Positions 16,467 through 26,361 are shown, counted from the first letter of the stretch. The stretch: DNA of 64,000 nucleotides from Cyanophyceae cyanobacterium (GCA_050331735.1 JBHJGN010000001.1:32001-96000); one strand, 5' to 3'. The notes: generated from the letters alone by a model not told the origin. Numbers and translations: made by a program.

Positions 16467-18752
16467 ATGAAAAATACTCATTCTGAAGAGTTGAGACTGC
16501 CGAGCGGAAATAATGGATATCAAGCTTATCCATTTCCTCCAGCTCCCCCGGTTCGCGTCGATGAAGATGAATCTAATCTCGATCTCCGCCAGCTCTGGAC
16601 GGTGGTTCGGCATCGGATGCGCTTGTTTGCTGGGGTGGCGTTAGGCGTGACGACCGTGATTGGATTGTGGACGTTTAATCAAACGCCTAAGTACCAAGGA
16701 GATTTCGATTTGCTGATTGAGTCAGCAACCGGAGGAGAATCAAACGAATCGTTTCTGGGCTGGGGTGTGCCTCTTGTTGATTATGAAACAAAAATTGAGC
16801 TTCTCAGCAGCCCGAGCGTATTAGAACCCATTGCCGAGCAAATTGCTCAACAGTATCCAGGAACAACCTACAAAAAGATTGTTGGCGCACCGCTGAGAAT
16901 TACTCAAGTTAAAGACACCAAGATCCTACAGGTAACCTATCAAGATGAAGATCCTGAGAAAGTGGAGTACGTGCTTGAGCAGATTGCTCAGGGGTATCTA
17001 AACTATTCTCTCTCTGAACGGCAAATAGAAATTAATCAGGGAATTGAGTTTGTTGAAGAGCTGTTGCCGGGGTTGCGAGAGCGAGTAGATGGTTTGCAGG
17101 AAAGATTGCAAAAATTTCGGCAACAGTATAATCTTCTCGATCCAGAAAATCAGGCAGGAACGTTATCCAATCAGCTTATTAATTATGAATCTCAGTATTT
17201 CGAAACGCAGGTAGAGCTCGGCGAAGCCCGTTCTCGCTATCAGCTTTTACAGAACCAACTGGGTCTCGATCCTCAAGAGGCATTAGTATCTAGCTATTTG
17301 AGTGAGTCTCCCCGCTACCAAAATCTGCTCAATCAGCTTCAGGAAATAGAAATTGAGCTGGCTGAACAGTCGGCCATATTTCGCGAAGGGACACCAACCA
17401 TTGCCGCCCTTGAAGAAGAACGAGCTAATTTACTGCCTCTCCTTCAGCAGGAAGCACAAACTGTTCTAGGACAAGTTTTTAATCCAGATAACATAGAAAC
17501 CTTAGCGTCACCCAGCTCCCTGCGCCTAGAGCTGAAGCAAGACTTCATCCTCACGGCAAACGAGCTTCAAATTCTGGAGCTGCGCCGTCAAGCTTTAGAG
17601 CAAGCCACTCGTTCGCTCAATCAGCAGGTCCAGCAAATGCCGGTTTTGGCTCGCTATTACACAGATATTCAGCGAGAACTTGAAGTAGCCACAGAAAGCC
17701 TCAATCGCTTCCTCAAGGCGCGGGAAGAGCTGCAGTTTGAGGCGGCGCAAAAAGCCTTGAAATGGAAGATTATTGCGCATCCTGAAGAACCTTCTAATCC
17801 AATCTCTCCGCGCCCGGTTCAAGCCATAAGCTTTGGCATTGTTGCTGGCCTGTTGCTGGGTCTTGTTGCGGCTTACATTGCTGAACGACTCGATCCCGTT
17901 TTCCACTCCTCCGAGGAACTCAAAGACGCGATTAAACTGCCAATTCTGGCTAATATTCCCATTCAAAAGGATCTAGACGTCATTGAGCAAACCTTAGAAG
18001 GCAGCGTTCCTCAGCTACAAATTGGCGATCGCAAGCTCAACATCACTTCCCCTGCTAATGGTCATCAGAAAGAGCAGCGCTATCAGTCTTCTCCCTTCTT
18101 GGAAGCGTTTCGTTCACTCAATACTAATATTCGCTTGTTGGGGTCTGAAACTCGCAATACGTCTTTGGTGGTGAGTTCTTCAGCTCCAGCCGAGGGAAAA
18201 TCCACCGTTTCGGTTCATTTGGCTAAAGCAGCGGCGGCTATGGGTCAGCGGGTGCTCATTATCGATGCTGACCTGCGACGACCGCAGGTTCACAAGCGTC
18301 TTGGCCTTGAACAGGATGGCCCGGGGTTAAGTAACGTCATTGCTGATGGCTTAGATGTTGAAGAGGTCATTCAGCGAGTGCCGCAGACAGACAACTTGTT
18401 TGTGCTTACGGCTGGAGAAACCGCTCCCGATCCGCCTAGACTGCTCTCTTCGAGAAGAATGCATCAAATCATGGAGCATCTCCAGAAAGAAAATAATTAC
18501 GATCTCATCGTTTACGATACCCCGCCTCTGCTGGGATTCGCAGACGGTAGACTGCTCGCTCCTCGCACCAACGGGGTAGTCTTGGTCGTCAAAATGAGTA
18601 AAACCGATCGTAGTGCTCTTAAACAAACCATCGACCAGCTCAAGCTAGCGCGAGCTTCCGTCCTGGGCGTGGTTGCTAATGGAGTTAGCCGTCACGGTCA
18701 TGGCTCCTACTACTACAGTCACTACTATCGCTACTACAATAAAGAGCGGTAA
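16467..18752 (+). CDS. wzc: Polysaccharide co-polymerase / BY tyrosine autokinase Wzc
   Basis: Two TMs flanking a coiled coil; PAEGKST, IIDADLRRP, IVYDTPP; C-terminal Tyr cluster YYYSHYYRYY. Confidence 0.92.
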   Translation: MKNTHSEELRLPSGNNGYQAYPFPPAPPVRVDEDESNLDLRQLWTVVRHRMRLFAGVALGVTTVIGLWTFNQTPKYQGDFDLLIESATGGESNESFLGWGVPLVDYETKIELLSSPSVLEPIAEQIAQQYPGTTYKKIVGAPLRITQVKDTKILQVTYQDEDPEKVEYVLEQIAQGYLNYSLSERQIEINQGIEFVEELLPGLRERVDGLQERLQKFRQQYNLLDPENQAGTLSNQLINYESQYFETQVELGEARSRYQLLQNQLGLDPQEALVSSYLSESPRYQNLLNQLQEIEIELAEQSAIFREGTPTIAALEEERANLLPLLQQEAQTVLGQVFNPDNIETLASPSSLRLELKQDFILTANELQILELRRQALEQATRSLNQQVQQMPVLARYYTDIQRELEVATESLNRFLKAREELQFEAAQKALKWKIIAHPEEPSNPISPRPVQAISFGIVAGLLLGLVAAYIAERLDPVFHSSEELKDAIKLPILANIPIQKDLDVIEQTLEGSVPQLQIGDRKLNITSPANGHQKEQRYQSSPFLEAFRSLNTNIRLLGSETRNTSLVVSSSAPAEGKSTVSVHLAKAAAAMGQRVLIIDADLRRPQVHKRLGLEQDGPGLSNVIADGLDVEEVIQRVPQTDNLFVLTAGETAPDPPRLLSSRRMHQIMEHLQKENNYDLIVYDTPPLLGFADGRLLAPRTNGVVLVVKMSKTDRSALKQTIDQLKLARASVLGVVANGVSRHGHGSYYYSHYYRYYNKER

Positions 18753-18787
18753 TCCCTTTAAGAAAGCGGCAGCATGTGGTTTTGAGC

Positions 18788-19324
18788 GTGAATACGTCAG
18801 TTCTTTCCTCAACTTTCCTGCTCACCCTTCTCCTGATGGTGGGACTGTTTTTTTTCATCCGGGCTTCAACCAAGGATCGCACTCAGCAGCTCGAACTGGT
18901 AGCGCAGGCTCCCGGAACCCAGCTCATGAATCAAATGCGAGAATACTTTGAACGCCGCGCTTACCGAACGACTGCTGTTGATGAGACGAAGCAGGTGGTG
19001 ACTTTAGAGGGGTTTGTCCGCCCGAGTCTTTTTTTGGCTCTCTTTCTGACTGCTTTAGCAGGAATAGGTTTTCTTTGTCTCGCCCTCGTCTTGGCGATCC
19101 TGTCTCCGCCGCTCAAGTTTAGTTTTGCTCTCATTCTCCTTGCTCCGGGAGCCGGGATTTTCTACTGGCGGCGAGCTGGGCGGGTAGAACAGGTTCAATT
19201 TGAGGTTCAACCGCTAGCAACGGAGAAGAGTCTGCTAACGGTTACAGCCCACAGAGACGAGTTGAATCAGCTACGACAGGCCTATCCGCAGTTGACCGCG
19301 AGCAGTAATCAGCAACTCAGTTAA
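18788..19324 (+). CDS. ccb1: Cofactor assembly of complex C subunit B (CCB1 family)
   Basis: SSTFLLTLLLMVGLFFFIRASTKDR...FYWRRAGRVEQV...AHRDEL motifs. Confidence 0.85.
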   Translation: MNTSVLSSTFLLTLLLMVGLFFFIRASTKDRTQQLELVAQAPGTQLMNQMREYFERRAYRTTAVDETKQVVTLEGFVRPSLFLALFLTALAGIGFLCLALVLAILSPPLKFSFALILLAPGAGIFYWRRAGRVEQVQFEVQPLATEKSLLTVTAHRDELNQLRQAYPQLTASSNQQLS

Positions 19325-19396
19325 CTGAATCACCGTGAGGAGCCAGTCGTAAAGTTTCTTAATCTACAATAGATGAAGATGAGTTGACTAACAAAA

Positions 19397-20050
19397 ATGG
19401 TTTTGTTTGGATTTAATAAAAAGCGCCTGCCGTCTCCGGAGGAAGCCTTACCGGGACGCACGGAGCCCATCCCGGTTCCAGAGCATCACTTCGTTAATGG
19501 CAATCCCCTGAAGCCTCCTTTCCCAGAAGGCATGGAAATGGCTCTATTTGGTCTGGGCTGCTTCTGGGGAGCAGAACGCCGATTCTGGCAGCAGCAAGGA
19601 GTTTATGTAACCGCCGTTGGCTATGCTGGCGGGAGCACTCCTAACCCAACCTACCAGGAAGTCTGTACTGGCATGACAGGACACAATGAAGTAGTGCGTG
19701 TCGTTTTTGACCCTGAAAAAATTACCTATGAGACACTGCTCAAAGTCTTTTGGGAAAGTCACGATCCCACTCAGGGAATGCGCCAGGGCAATGATGTCGG
19801 TACGCAGTATCGCTCTGGGATTTACACAACTTCTGCTGCACAAATGCAGCTAGCGCGAGCCTCACAAGCGGCCTTTCAGGAAGCTTTAGAGCAAGCTGGA
19901 TACGGCAAAATTACAACAGAAATTCAAGAAGCTCCCGAATTTTATTATGCGGAAGGCTATCATCAGCAGTATCTGGCTAAGAATCCTAACGGCTACTGCG
20001 GCTTAGGCGGAACCAACGTGAGTTGTCCCGTTGGCAACTTGACTGCCTAG
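19397..20050 (+). CDS. msrA: Peptide methionine sulfoxide reductase A
   Basis: GCFWG active site, GTQYRS, and AEGYHQQYL. Confidence 0.96.
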   Translation: MVLFGFNKKRLPSPEEALPGRTEPIPVPEHHFVNGNPLKPPFPEGMEMALFGLGCFWGAERRFWQQQGVYVTAVGYAGGSTPNPTYQEVCTGMTGHNEVVRVVFDPEKITYETLLKVFWESHDPTQGMRQGNDVGTQYRSGIYTTSAAQMQLARASQAAFQEALEQAGYGKITTEIQEAPEFYYAEGYHQQYLAKNPNGYCGLGGTNVSCPVGNLTA

Positions 20051-20165
20051 CAACTGCGCAAACCGAGAGCCAACAGCACCGAATCTGAAGGCAATTCTGC
20101 TCAGGCAGCCTAGCCGTAAACGATTAAGCTCCTTCAATAGCGCTGGCTTAAAGTAAGCTACGCTA

Positions 20166-20195
20166 CACCTGCCCTCCAGTACCGGAGAGCAGGTG
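20166..20195. terminator. Hairpin between convergent msrA and the DUF3155 gene
   Basis: CACCTGCCCTCC-AGTACC-GGAGAGCAGGTG imperfect stem without a U-tract. Confidence 0.35.
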
Positions 20196-20296
20196 GGAGT
20201 ACCCAAATTAAACTCTGAGCAATAGCTGGATGAGAAAGTGTAGCGCAGCTTTGCAGATTAGGCTATCTCTTAAACGGAAGCTTAAGTTGATTTACG

Positions 20297-20653
20297 TTAT
20301 CGGACAACAGCAGTCGCCGCCGTCTGTTTATCCCGAGAATTGATAGCAGCAGTCGTTGCCGTTTTTTTGTCTTGAGGAATATGTAAACGTAAACTAGGAA
20401 ACAAAAAATGATTCTCTTCAACGTATTGGGCTCCAAATAGCCCTTTCTCTGCCCAGAAATATCTATCTGTCGTATGTTCGTTTCTTCTCACCACTAGCAC
20501 TGCCGGAGGTGCAATATTTAGAGAGGCTATATATTTTCTCGCGGCGGTGACTGGTTTATCTTCTCCACTTTCAATACTATACTGGGGTACTAGTTCTAAG
20601 ATTTTCCGTCCTTCTTGGCGGCGGCGGCTTTTCCGTTTTCGTTTTCTTGCCAA
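20297..20653 (-). CDS. Conserved cyanobacterial protein (DUF3155)
   Basis: MARKRKRKSRRRQEGRKIL...DRYFWAEKGLFGAQYVEENHFLFPSL; TTG start with an AGGAGGT RBS. Confidence 0.85.
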   Translation of the reverse strand: MARKRKRKSRRRQEGRKILELVPQYSIESGEDKPVTAARKYIASLNIAPPAVLVVRRNEHTTDRYFWAEKGLFGAQYVEENHFLFPSLRLHIPQDKKTATTAAINSRDKQTAATAVVR

Positions 20654-20682
20654 CCTACTTACCTCCTCTTTTATTAACTAGC

Positions 20683-20698
20683 TGTAATCGTGGTTACA
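20683..20698. promoter_or_regulatory. Putative NtcA box
   Basis: TGTA-ATCGTGGT-TACA is a perfect GTA-N8-TAC, 30 nt upstream of the DUF3155 start. Confidence 0.55.
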
Positions 20699-21000
20699 AA
20701 AGTCGAGGCAATTGTATCCATTCTGTCAAAGAAAAGCAACTCCTCAACAAACTCCTTGAGAACTGAAGAAGAAGCTTAAAAAACAGCCAAAAACCTCAAA
20801 TATGAGCTCTCGGTGTTTGAGGTTTAAAAGATAAAGATTTTTATGTGGTTAAAAAAGTAATTATTATTTAAAGAAACTACACATATAGGGAGCCATTACG
20901 TCAATATCCAGCTAAAGAGAGAGGAAATTAGCGTTCTAGGTGAACAATAAATGGGAAAGGGTCAGTTTCTCTTGAGTGCCGCTGTCTAAGATTAAAATGC

Positions 21001-22314
21001 ATGTTTCATTCTGATTTTTCAATTTCTGCTAGCTCGGATTTTATTGCTCTTTGTCAGTCGCAGGTCGCTTTACTATCCCAAATCGGAGCCGTCTGGAGTG
21101 CTGTATACGTAACAGAAGGGCTGGCAGAGAACTATGCAGACAAGCTCGTTGCTGTTGCTGTCTATCCTCGTGAAGCCGCTCAAAAATCTGCTCTTCAAGA
21201 TCAGCGGCCAGAGGTTCCGGCTGCTTTGAGCAAGCTTAATCTTCCCACCCAACTTCCTTCTCGCTTACTCACGGCTGTTCCAGAGGAAGCAGGGGCGACT
21301 GCTGAGACAGCAATTGAATTTCCTGGGGTACAGGAATTACAAGTCTTGCCAAAATATCAGCTAGTGCTTCCACTCAGTTATCAGGAGGGAGTGGTGGGAC
21401 TACTGGTAACGCGGCGCGAAGACAGACCGTGGCTTCAAGGAGAACTCGCTCAAATTCACAATGTTGCTCAGACCCTTGCGATCGCCCGCCTGCTCGATCG
21501 TCACCAGGCGTGGTACAAGCAGCAGTTGGAGGCTCAGCAGCAGATTCGTATCCAAGAACGCGATCGCCTCGAAACCCTGCTTCATCAGCTCCGTAATCCA
21601 CTAACCGCCCTGCGCACCTTCAGCAAGCTGCTGCTCAAGCGTTTACTGCCAGAAGACCGCAACCATCCCGTTGCCAACAGCATCCTGCGAGAAAGCGATC
21701 GTCTCCAGGACTTATTGCAGCAGTTCGAGCAGGTGCAGCAGCCTCTAGACTCATCTTTACTTACCCTTGAAGCTTCGACTACACCAGCCCTCCCCGAAGC
21801 CACCTCCTTTATCCAGGCCGAAGCAACAGCCGTCGCTGTTGAGGAGCTTTTAGAACTGCTGCTGGTTTCTGCCCAGGCGATCGCTCAAGAACGAAACATC
21901 GAGCTAACGGCAGACCTGCCGCCGATGCCCCCCGTACGAGGAAATGCGAAAGCTCTACGGGAAGTGTTTAGCAACTTGCTCGATAACGCCTTAAAATACA
22001 CTCCGGCGGGCGGTCAGGTAAGGATTTATAAGGTTCCGCAGCGAGGCATTTGGCAAGGAATTGCCATTCAAGACACGGGCTACGGCATTCCCGCCTCCGA
22101 GCAGAAACGAATTTTTGAGCGTCACTATCGAGGTATACAGGCAGATAGTGAAATTCCCGGTAGCGGATTAGGACTAGCGATCGCCCGAGAACTCGTTGAG
22201 CAAATGCAGGGAAAAATCGAGCTGATCAGCCCCAATCCGGAGCAGACAACACCGCTACCAGGCACGACATTTATTGTTTGGCTTCCTACCGCTGACAGTT
22301 CAGTACAGAATTAG
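21001..22314 (+). CDS. hik2: GAF-domain sensor histidine kinase Hik2 (CSK homologue)
   Basis: N-terminal FIALCQSQVALL GAF start, H-box LLHQLRNPLTAL, N-box NLLDNALKYT, G boxes DTGYGI and GSGLGL. Confidence 0.85.
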   Translation: MFHSDFSISASSDFIALCQSQVALLSQIGAVWSAVYVTEGLAENYADKLVAVAVYPREAAQKSALQDQRPEVPAALSKLNLPTQLPSRLLTAVPEEAGATAETAIEFPGVQELQVLPKYQLVLPLSYQEGVVGLLVTRREDRPWLQGELAQIHNVAQTLAIARLLDRHQAWYKQQLEAQQQIRIQERDRLETLLHQLRNPLTALRTFSKLLLKRLLPEDRNHPVANSILRESDRLQDLLQQFEQVQQPLDSSLLTLEASTTPALPEATSFIQAEATAVAVEELLELLLVSAQAIAQERNIELTADLPPMPPVRGNAKALREVFSNLLDNALKYTPAGGQVRIYKVPQRGIWQGIAIQDTGYGIPASEQKRIFERHYRGIQADSEIPGSGLGLAIARELVEQMQGKIELISPNPEQTTPLPGTTFIVWLPTADSSVQN

Positions 22315-22472
22315 GCGCAGGGAAACGGGGAAATTGTCCCTGACGGGACGGGGAAAGGGCAAAAAGTTCCTCCGAACGGGGAAGGGGGAATTCGTCTCTG
22401 AACGGACAGAGAAAGAACACAGGGGTCAAGGAACCAGCTATCGGTCCTCTTTTCCCGCGCCGGCAGCGCTTA
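22312..22472. repeat. Modular purine-run/mini-hairpin element filling the gap between convergent hik2 and terB-like stop codons
   Basis: GGGGAAA runs alternate with GTCCC-TGAC-GGGAC and GTTC-CTCC-GAAC hairpins. The right end (22449-22470) is the reverse complement of 63407-63428 at 20 of 22 nt. Confidence 0.8.
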
Positions 22473-22880
22473 AACTTCTTGATGGATTTGCTGCCGATAT
22501 AGCTTCTGAATAATTTTCAAAAGTCTGTAAAAAACTCCTTTCGGAGTTTCTCGGGCCGGATCGAGGCCCTGTAAGCGCGTGAGCAGTTTAGCTTCTTGAG
22601 TATCGATGTTGCCATCGCTGTAGATGAGAGCGCTCATAGCCTTCAGCAGACGCTCATAATCTTCCTGGGAAGGATGATCGCCTAAGTAATCTTCCAACCA
22701 GCCATAACATTCCGCTGGCTTAACGGGTTTTAATTCAAACAGAAGCGGTCTAATTTCTACATCGTCAGCCACTCCTTGTTCGGCTGCCATGCGACGTAAA
22801 TAACGCCGTTCTTCTGGCTGTACCATGCCATCAATCCAAGCCGCCCCAATGAGAATCTTGAGTAGTTGTTTAGTGTTCAT
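22470..22880 (-). CDS. TerB-like family protein
   Basis: LLKILIGAAWIDG...EERRYL and ALIYSDG...EAKLL paired TerB-type metal-binding motifs. Confidence 0.8.
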   Translation of the reverse strand: MNTKQLLKILIGAAWIDGMVQPEERRYLRRMAAEQGVADDVEIRPLLFELKPVKPAECYGWLEDYLGDHPSQEDYERLLKAMSALIYSDGNIDTQEAKLLTRLQGLDPARETPKGVFYRLLKIIQKLYRQQIHQEV

Positions 22881-24232
22881 TGCTCTTTGACGAGGTAATC
22901 TTGTTTAAGCTTGACCATGAAAAAACCGTCCATCTGATGGTGGTGCGGCAACACTTTAATCCAGCCAGATGAGCTGACATAATCCGCTATTGGTTCTGAC
23001 GGGATCTCGATCTGCCAATGAGGATGGTAGTTGAGAAACGAGTGCAGCACCGCTTCGTTTTCTGGCTGACTGAGGGTACACGTAGCATATACTAATGTAC
23101 CTCCCGGTTTAACCCAAGTGGCTGCTTGTGCTAATAGTTGGTACTGTAGCTCTGAAAGTTCCTGAATCCGGTCAGGAGATTGTCGCCAGCGAATATCAGG
23201 ACGACGGTGCAGTGTTCCTAAACCAGAACAGGGAGCATCAATGAGGACGCGATCCGCCCGCTGGGGAAATTGAAACTGACGGCTATCGACCTCATGAATG
23301 ATAATCGACTGAAGCTGTAGGCGCTTGCTGTTGGCTTTGAGCTTGCGCAGCCGACTCGCGGCGCGATCACAGGCCCAGATTTGACCGCGATCGCCCATTA
23401 GTTCAGCGATGTGAGTGGTTTTGCCCCCGGGAGCTGCACAGGCATCAATAATCACTTCTCCCGGTTGCGGCGCGAGGAGGTGGGTCACTAGCTGAGCACT
23501 ACTGTCTTGAACAGTCCACCAGCCGGCTGCAAAGCCGGGCAACTGCTCGATCGAGCGGGTTCCGCCTGTTAACCTTAGAGACTGGGGCAAGTGGGGCACT
23601 CGTTCAACGGCTACTCCCGCAGCGATCAATGTGGCCTCTACTTTATCAACTGATGTTTGCAAAATATTCACCCGAAGGTCAATTGGGGGGGGGTGGTTAA
23701 ACCAGTGGCATAGCTGTTCGGTTTCATGAAGACCAATTTGCTTACCCCAGGTTTCGATTAGCCAGTCAGGAAAACTATGCAAGATCCCAATCCGTTGGTG
23801 CGGTTCATCGGGTAACACCAGCGGATCGCCCCTGCGCGAGAGGCGTTCGTAGTGTCTGAGCAACCCGTTCACAACCCCTGATAATTTAGCCAACCGGTTC
23901 TGTTTCGCTAACTCAACGCTGGTATCAACAGCAGCAGCAGCAGGAACTTGGGTAAGATAGCGTAGCTGGTATAGCCCGAGATGAAGAATAATTCGTAGGT
24001 CTGGAGGCTGCTGCACAGCCTTTTTGGTGCCTAACTGATCGATTAAAGCGTCAAGAGAGCGCTGTCTGCGCACCGTTCCATAGACCAGTTCTGTAAACAA
24101 TCCACGGTCTATAGTCTTAATGTGAGCTTGGCTGAGGACTCGATCAAGAGCCACATCTGTGTAGGCTTCCTGCCGATAGACACTCCGAAGCGCCCTAAAG
24201 GCAAGTTGACGGGGATTGGCAGCAGAGGACAT
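22877..24232 (-). CDS. rsmB: 16S rRNA m5C967 methyltransferase RsmB/Sun
   Basis: NusB-like N-terminus; DACAAPGGKT, DAPCSGLG and VYATCT. Confidence 0.95.
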   Translation of the reverse strand: MSSAANPRQLAFRALRSVYRQEAYTDVALDRVLSQAHIKTIDRGLFTELVYGTVRRQRSLDALIDQLGTKKAVQQPPDLRIILHLGLYQLRYLTQVPAAAAVDTSVELAKQNRLAKLSGVVNGLLRHYERLSRRGDPLVLPDEPHQRIGILHSFPDWLIETWGKQIGLHETEQLCHWFNHPPPIDLRVNILQTSVDKVEATLIAAGVAVERVPHLPQSLRLTGGTRSIEQLPGFAAGWWTVQDSSAQLVTHLLAPQPGEVIIDACAAPGGKTTHIAELMGDRGQIWACDRAASRLRKLKANSKRLQLQSIIIHEVDSRQFQFPQRADRVLIDAPCSGLGTLHRRPDIRWRQSPDRIQELSELQYQLLAQAATWVKPGGTLVYATCTLSQPENEAVLHSFLNYHPHWQIEIPSEPIADYVSSSGWIKVLPHHHQMDGFFMVKLKQDYLVKEQ

Positions 24233-24353
24233 AGCAAGGATTGACAGCACCTGATGGCATGAAGGACAGACTCATATCCTAGCTTCTTGTTTACTGATTA
24301 ACGATTGTGCTTCTTTGCCTGATGATTTTAAGGCCGCTATAGAGTGCGCTTCA

Positions 24354-24384
24354 AAAATAAAAGTACTCTTCGATTGAAGAGTAC
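24354..24384 (-). terminator. Rho-independent terminator downstream of gifA
   Basis: Minus strand GTACTCTTC-AATC-GAAGAGTAC followed by TTTTATTTTT. Confidence 0.7.
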
Positions 24385-24481
24385 CCAACTGTCGCTTAAA
24401 TTAAGTTTTTATTAATCAACAGTCAGGCGGCGGTCTGCCTAACTTATTAAAGTCAACAATGCTGACAAGTTGTGCTCGTCG

Positions 24482-24679
24482 TTAGCTTAATGAAGCTTGA
24501 GAGCGGTCGTAGGTGTTGCGAAAGCTGGAGTGGAGTTTGCCCTGAACAGTGCCTTCGTAGTTTTCTGTAACCTCTAGCCCAATTTCAGCCGCTGCTCGGC
24601 CCAACATAGATTGCTGACGATTTTTGATTGTGTGATGATGCCGATGCATTAAAGCACGAGCTTGTTCTTGAGTAGACAT
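24482..24679 (-). CDS. gifA: Glutamine synthetase inactivating factor IF7
   Basis: 65 aa, MSTQEQARALMHRHHHTIKNRQQSMLGRAAAEIG...QGK...SFRNTYDRSQASLS; AGGAGG RBS before ATG 24679. Confidence 0.93.
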   Translation of the reverse strand: MSTQEQARALMHRHHHTIKNRQQSMLGRAAAEIGLEVTENYEGTVQGKLHSSFRNTYDRSQASLS

Positions 24680-24740
24680 GGGACTTCCTCCTAATTGCTG
24701 ACTGCTAATGGAATGATTGCTTTGATGGCTTACAAATATA

Positions 24741-24771
24741 ATGCTAGCAATTTTCTGTATCATTTTTTACA
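24741..24771 (-). promoter_or_regulatory. gifA promoter with NtcA repression site
   Basis: TGTA-TCATTTTT-TACA at 24756-24771, about 10 nt upstream of a TAGCAT -10 box (24741-24746, minus strand). Confidence 0.8.
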
Positions 24772-25115
24772 AAAGTGCTTTGACATAAGCAATAAAAATA
24801 TCTCAAGCCAGTAAAATAAAAAAAAGCAATTAGAATCTCTTGACCGACCGTGTTTATTTTTCGTCCATTGAATAATGGACTCAAGCTCACGCTATCTTCA
24901 CGTTCTTGTGATACTTTAAGCACCGCGATCGCTCGTCATCAATTCATCAGATTCGTCATTTACAGCAACTTAACAAATATCTGCCGTTTAAGAACTCTTT
25001 AAGACTTTAAATAGATGCAATGGCCTTTAAAAGCGCTTTTTTGCTCGCTTTAAGTCTTTATAGTCGGGCAGTTTAACTAAACAACCTTAAACGCAGACAC
25101 CTAAGCTTTCCAACA

Positions 25116-25397
25116 ATGCCTATCACGGACTTTTTTTTCGGATACTTCATCTTTGCCTTGCTCTTTTTCGGTGTTGGTCTTCAAGCTTTGCTCAAAGATT
25201 CTACAACCCCCAAAACTCACTGTGAATCTTGGCTAGCGTTATCAATCGTATTTCTGTTTTGGCCGCTTGTCGTTGTCTGTGCCTGTCAGGAACTAGCAAT
25301 CAGAGAGCTACGCACTAATCGCGGCGATACCGCAGATAAACAAGCGGAAAGAGCTATTGTGAATGCGATCCAATCCACTCCTGCAAAATGGAATTGA
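25116..25397 (+). CDS. Small two-TM cyanobacterial hypothetical protein
   Basis: Two hydrophobic segments around DSTTPK...SW...FWP; its 3' end overlaps the convergent hydrolase by 44 nt. Confidence 0.6.
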   Translation: MPITDFFFGYFIFALLFFGVGLQALLKDSTTPKTHCESWLALSIVFLFWPLVVVCACQELAIRELRTNRGDTADKQAERAIVNAIQSTPAKWN

Positions 25398-26250
25398 CAA
25401 GCTCTGGAGCTTCATCTTGAGGACAGTGCCCCAATCCTGCTAAAGGAACGAATTTTTCTACGGCGGCATAGTCAGCATAGTTGCGTCCTAGCGCGATTGG
25501 TTCCCACGGATCTTCCTCTCCCCAAAGAATAATTGTTGGACAGGGTAGATTGGGCAATAAATCTTCTGGCAGTGGCCCTTGCGAATACCGAGTAAACGCT
25601 AGAAAAACATCAGCGGCTCCCACATCAGCGGCTGGCTTCATCAACATCTCTACTAGTTCATCGGTGACCGCTTCTGGATCTCGGTAGGCCTGCTTGAGAA
25701 TGTTGCGCACCACTCTCGGTTTGGCAATTTGCCCAAAGAAAAAATTTCCCACTCTTCGATTCGCCAGAAGCTTCTGAAATAGAGGAGCTCCAATCCGGCG
25801 ATACCAGGGCAACCCACCTCGCTTGCGATCGTGAAGTAGCCGAAGCGAGCAGTTAAGCGCAGCAATGCCCAAAGCAATTTCTGGAGACTCTACCGCCGCC
25901 TGCATAATCACAATACAGCCAATCGAGTTGCCAACCAAAAAAGCCGGACCGCCCACCACTTCGCAACAAAAATCAGCAACCTGCTGTCCCCAAGTTTCAA
26001 AAGTATAGGCAACGTCTTGGGGATTTGGTTTAGCTGAGGCCCCAAAACCAATCAAATCAAGTGCATAACAGCGACAGGTTTTTCCCAGCACCGGAAGATT
26101 TTTGCGCCAGTGCCCCCAGGAAGCTCCAAAGCCATGTACCATAACGACTGCCGGTCCAGAGTGGCCTGTTGTTTGATAGCAAATCGAATAGCCTCGCCAG
26201 GTCCAGGTTTGAGGAGCGTTTAATTGAGTGAGGAGATCGGCAGACGACAT
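25354..26250 (-). CDS. Alpha/beta-fold hydrolase (pheophytinase-like family)
   Basis: HGFGAS, DLIGFG, nucleophile GNSIG, WGEEDPW and GHCPQDE. Confidence 0.9.
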   Translation of the reverse strand: MSSADLLTQLNAPQTWTWRGYSICYQTTGHSGPAVVMVHGFGASWGHWRKNLPVLGKTCRCYALDLIGFGASAKPNPQDVAYTFETWGQQVADFCCEVVGGPAFLVGNSIGCIVIMQAAVESPEIALGIAALNCSLRLLHDRKRGGLPWYRRIGAPLFQKLLANRRVGNFFFGQIAKPRVVRNILKQAYRDPEAVTDELVEMLMKPAADVGAADVFLAFTRYSQGPLPEDLLPNLPCPTIILWGEEDPWEPIALGRNYADYAAVEKFVPLAGLGHCPQDEAPELVNSILQEWIGSHSQ

Positions 26251-26257
26251 GGAGAAT

Positions 26258-26292
26258 GAGCAGTGAGCAGTTACCAGTTACCAGTTACCAGT
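26258..26292. repeat. STRR-like heptamer tandem repeat
   Basis: GAGCAGT x2 followed by TACCAGT x3. Confidence 0.75.
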
Positions 26293-26361
26293 GTAGTGCT
26301 TAGTCCTGGTATCTTGAGGATAGAATATTGTTGAGCGAAATACCATGAGTCTATTTGAGCA

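Noticed and set aside
22470..22880. terB-like gene as part of a tellurite or phage-defence island
   Set aside because: A single gene coupled to rsmB, with no other ter or defence genes nearby.
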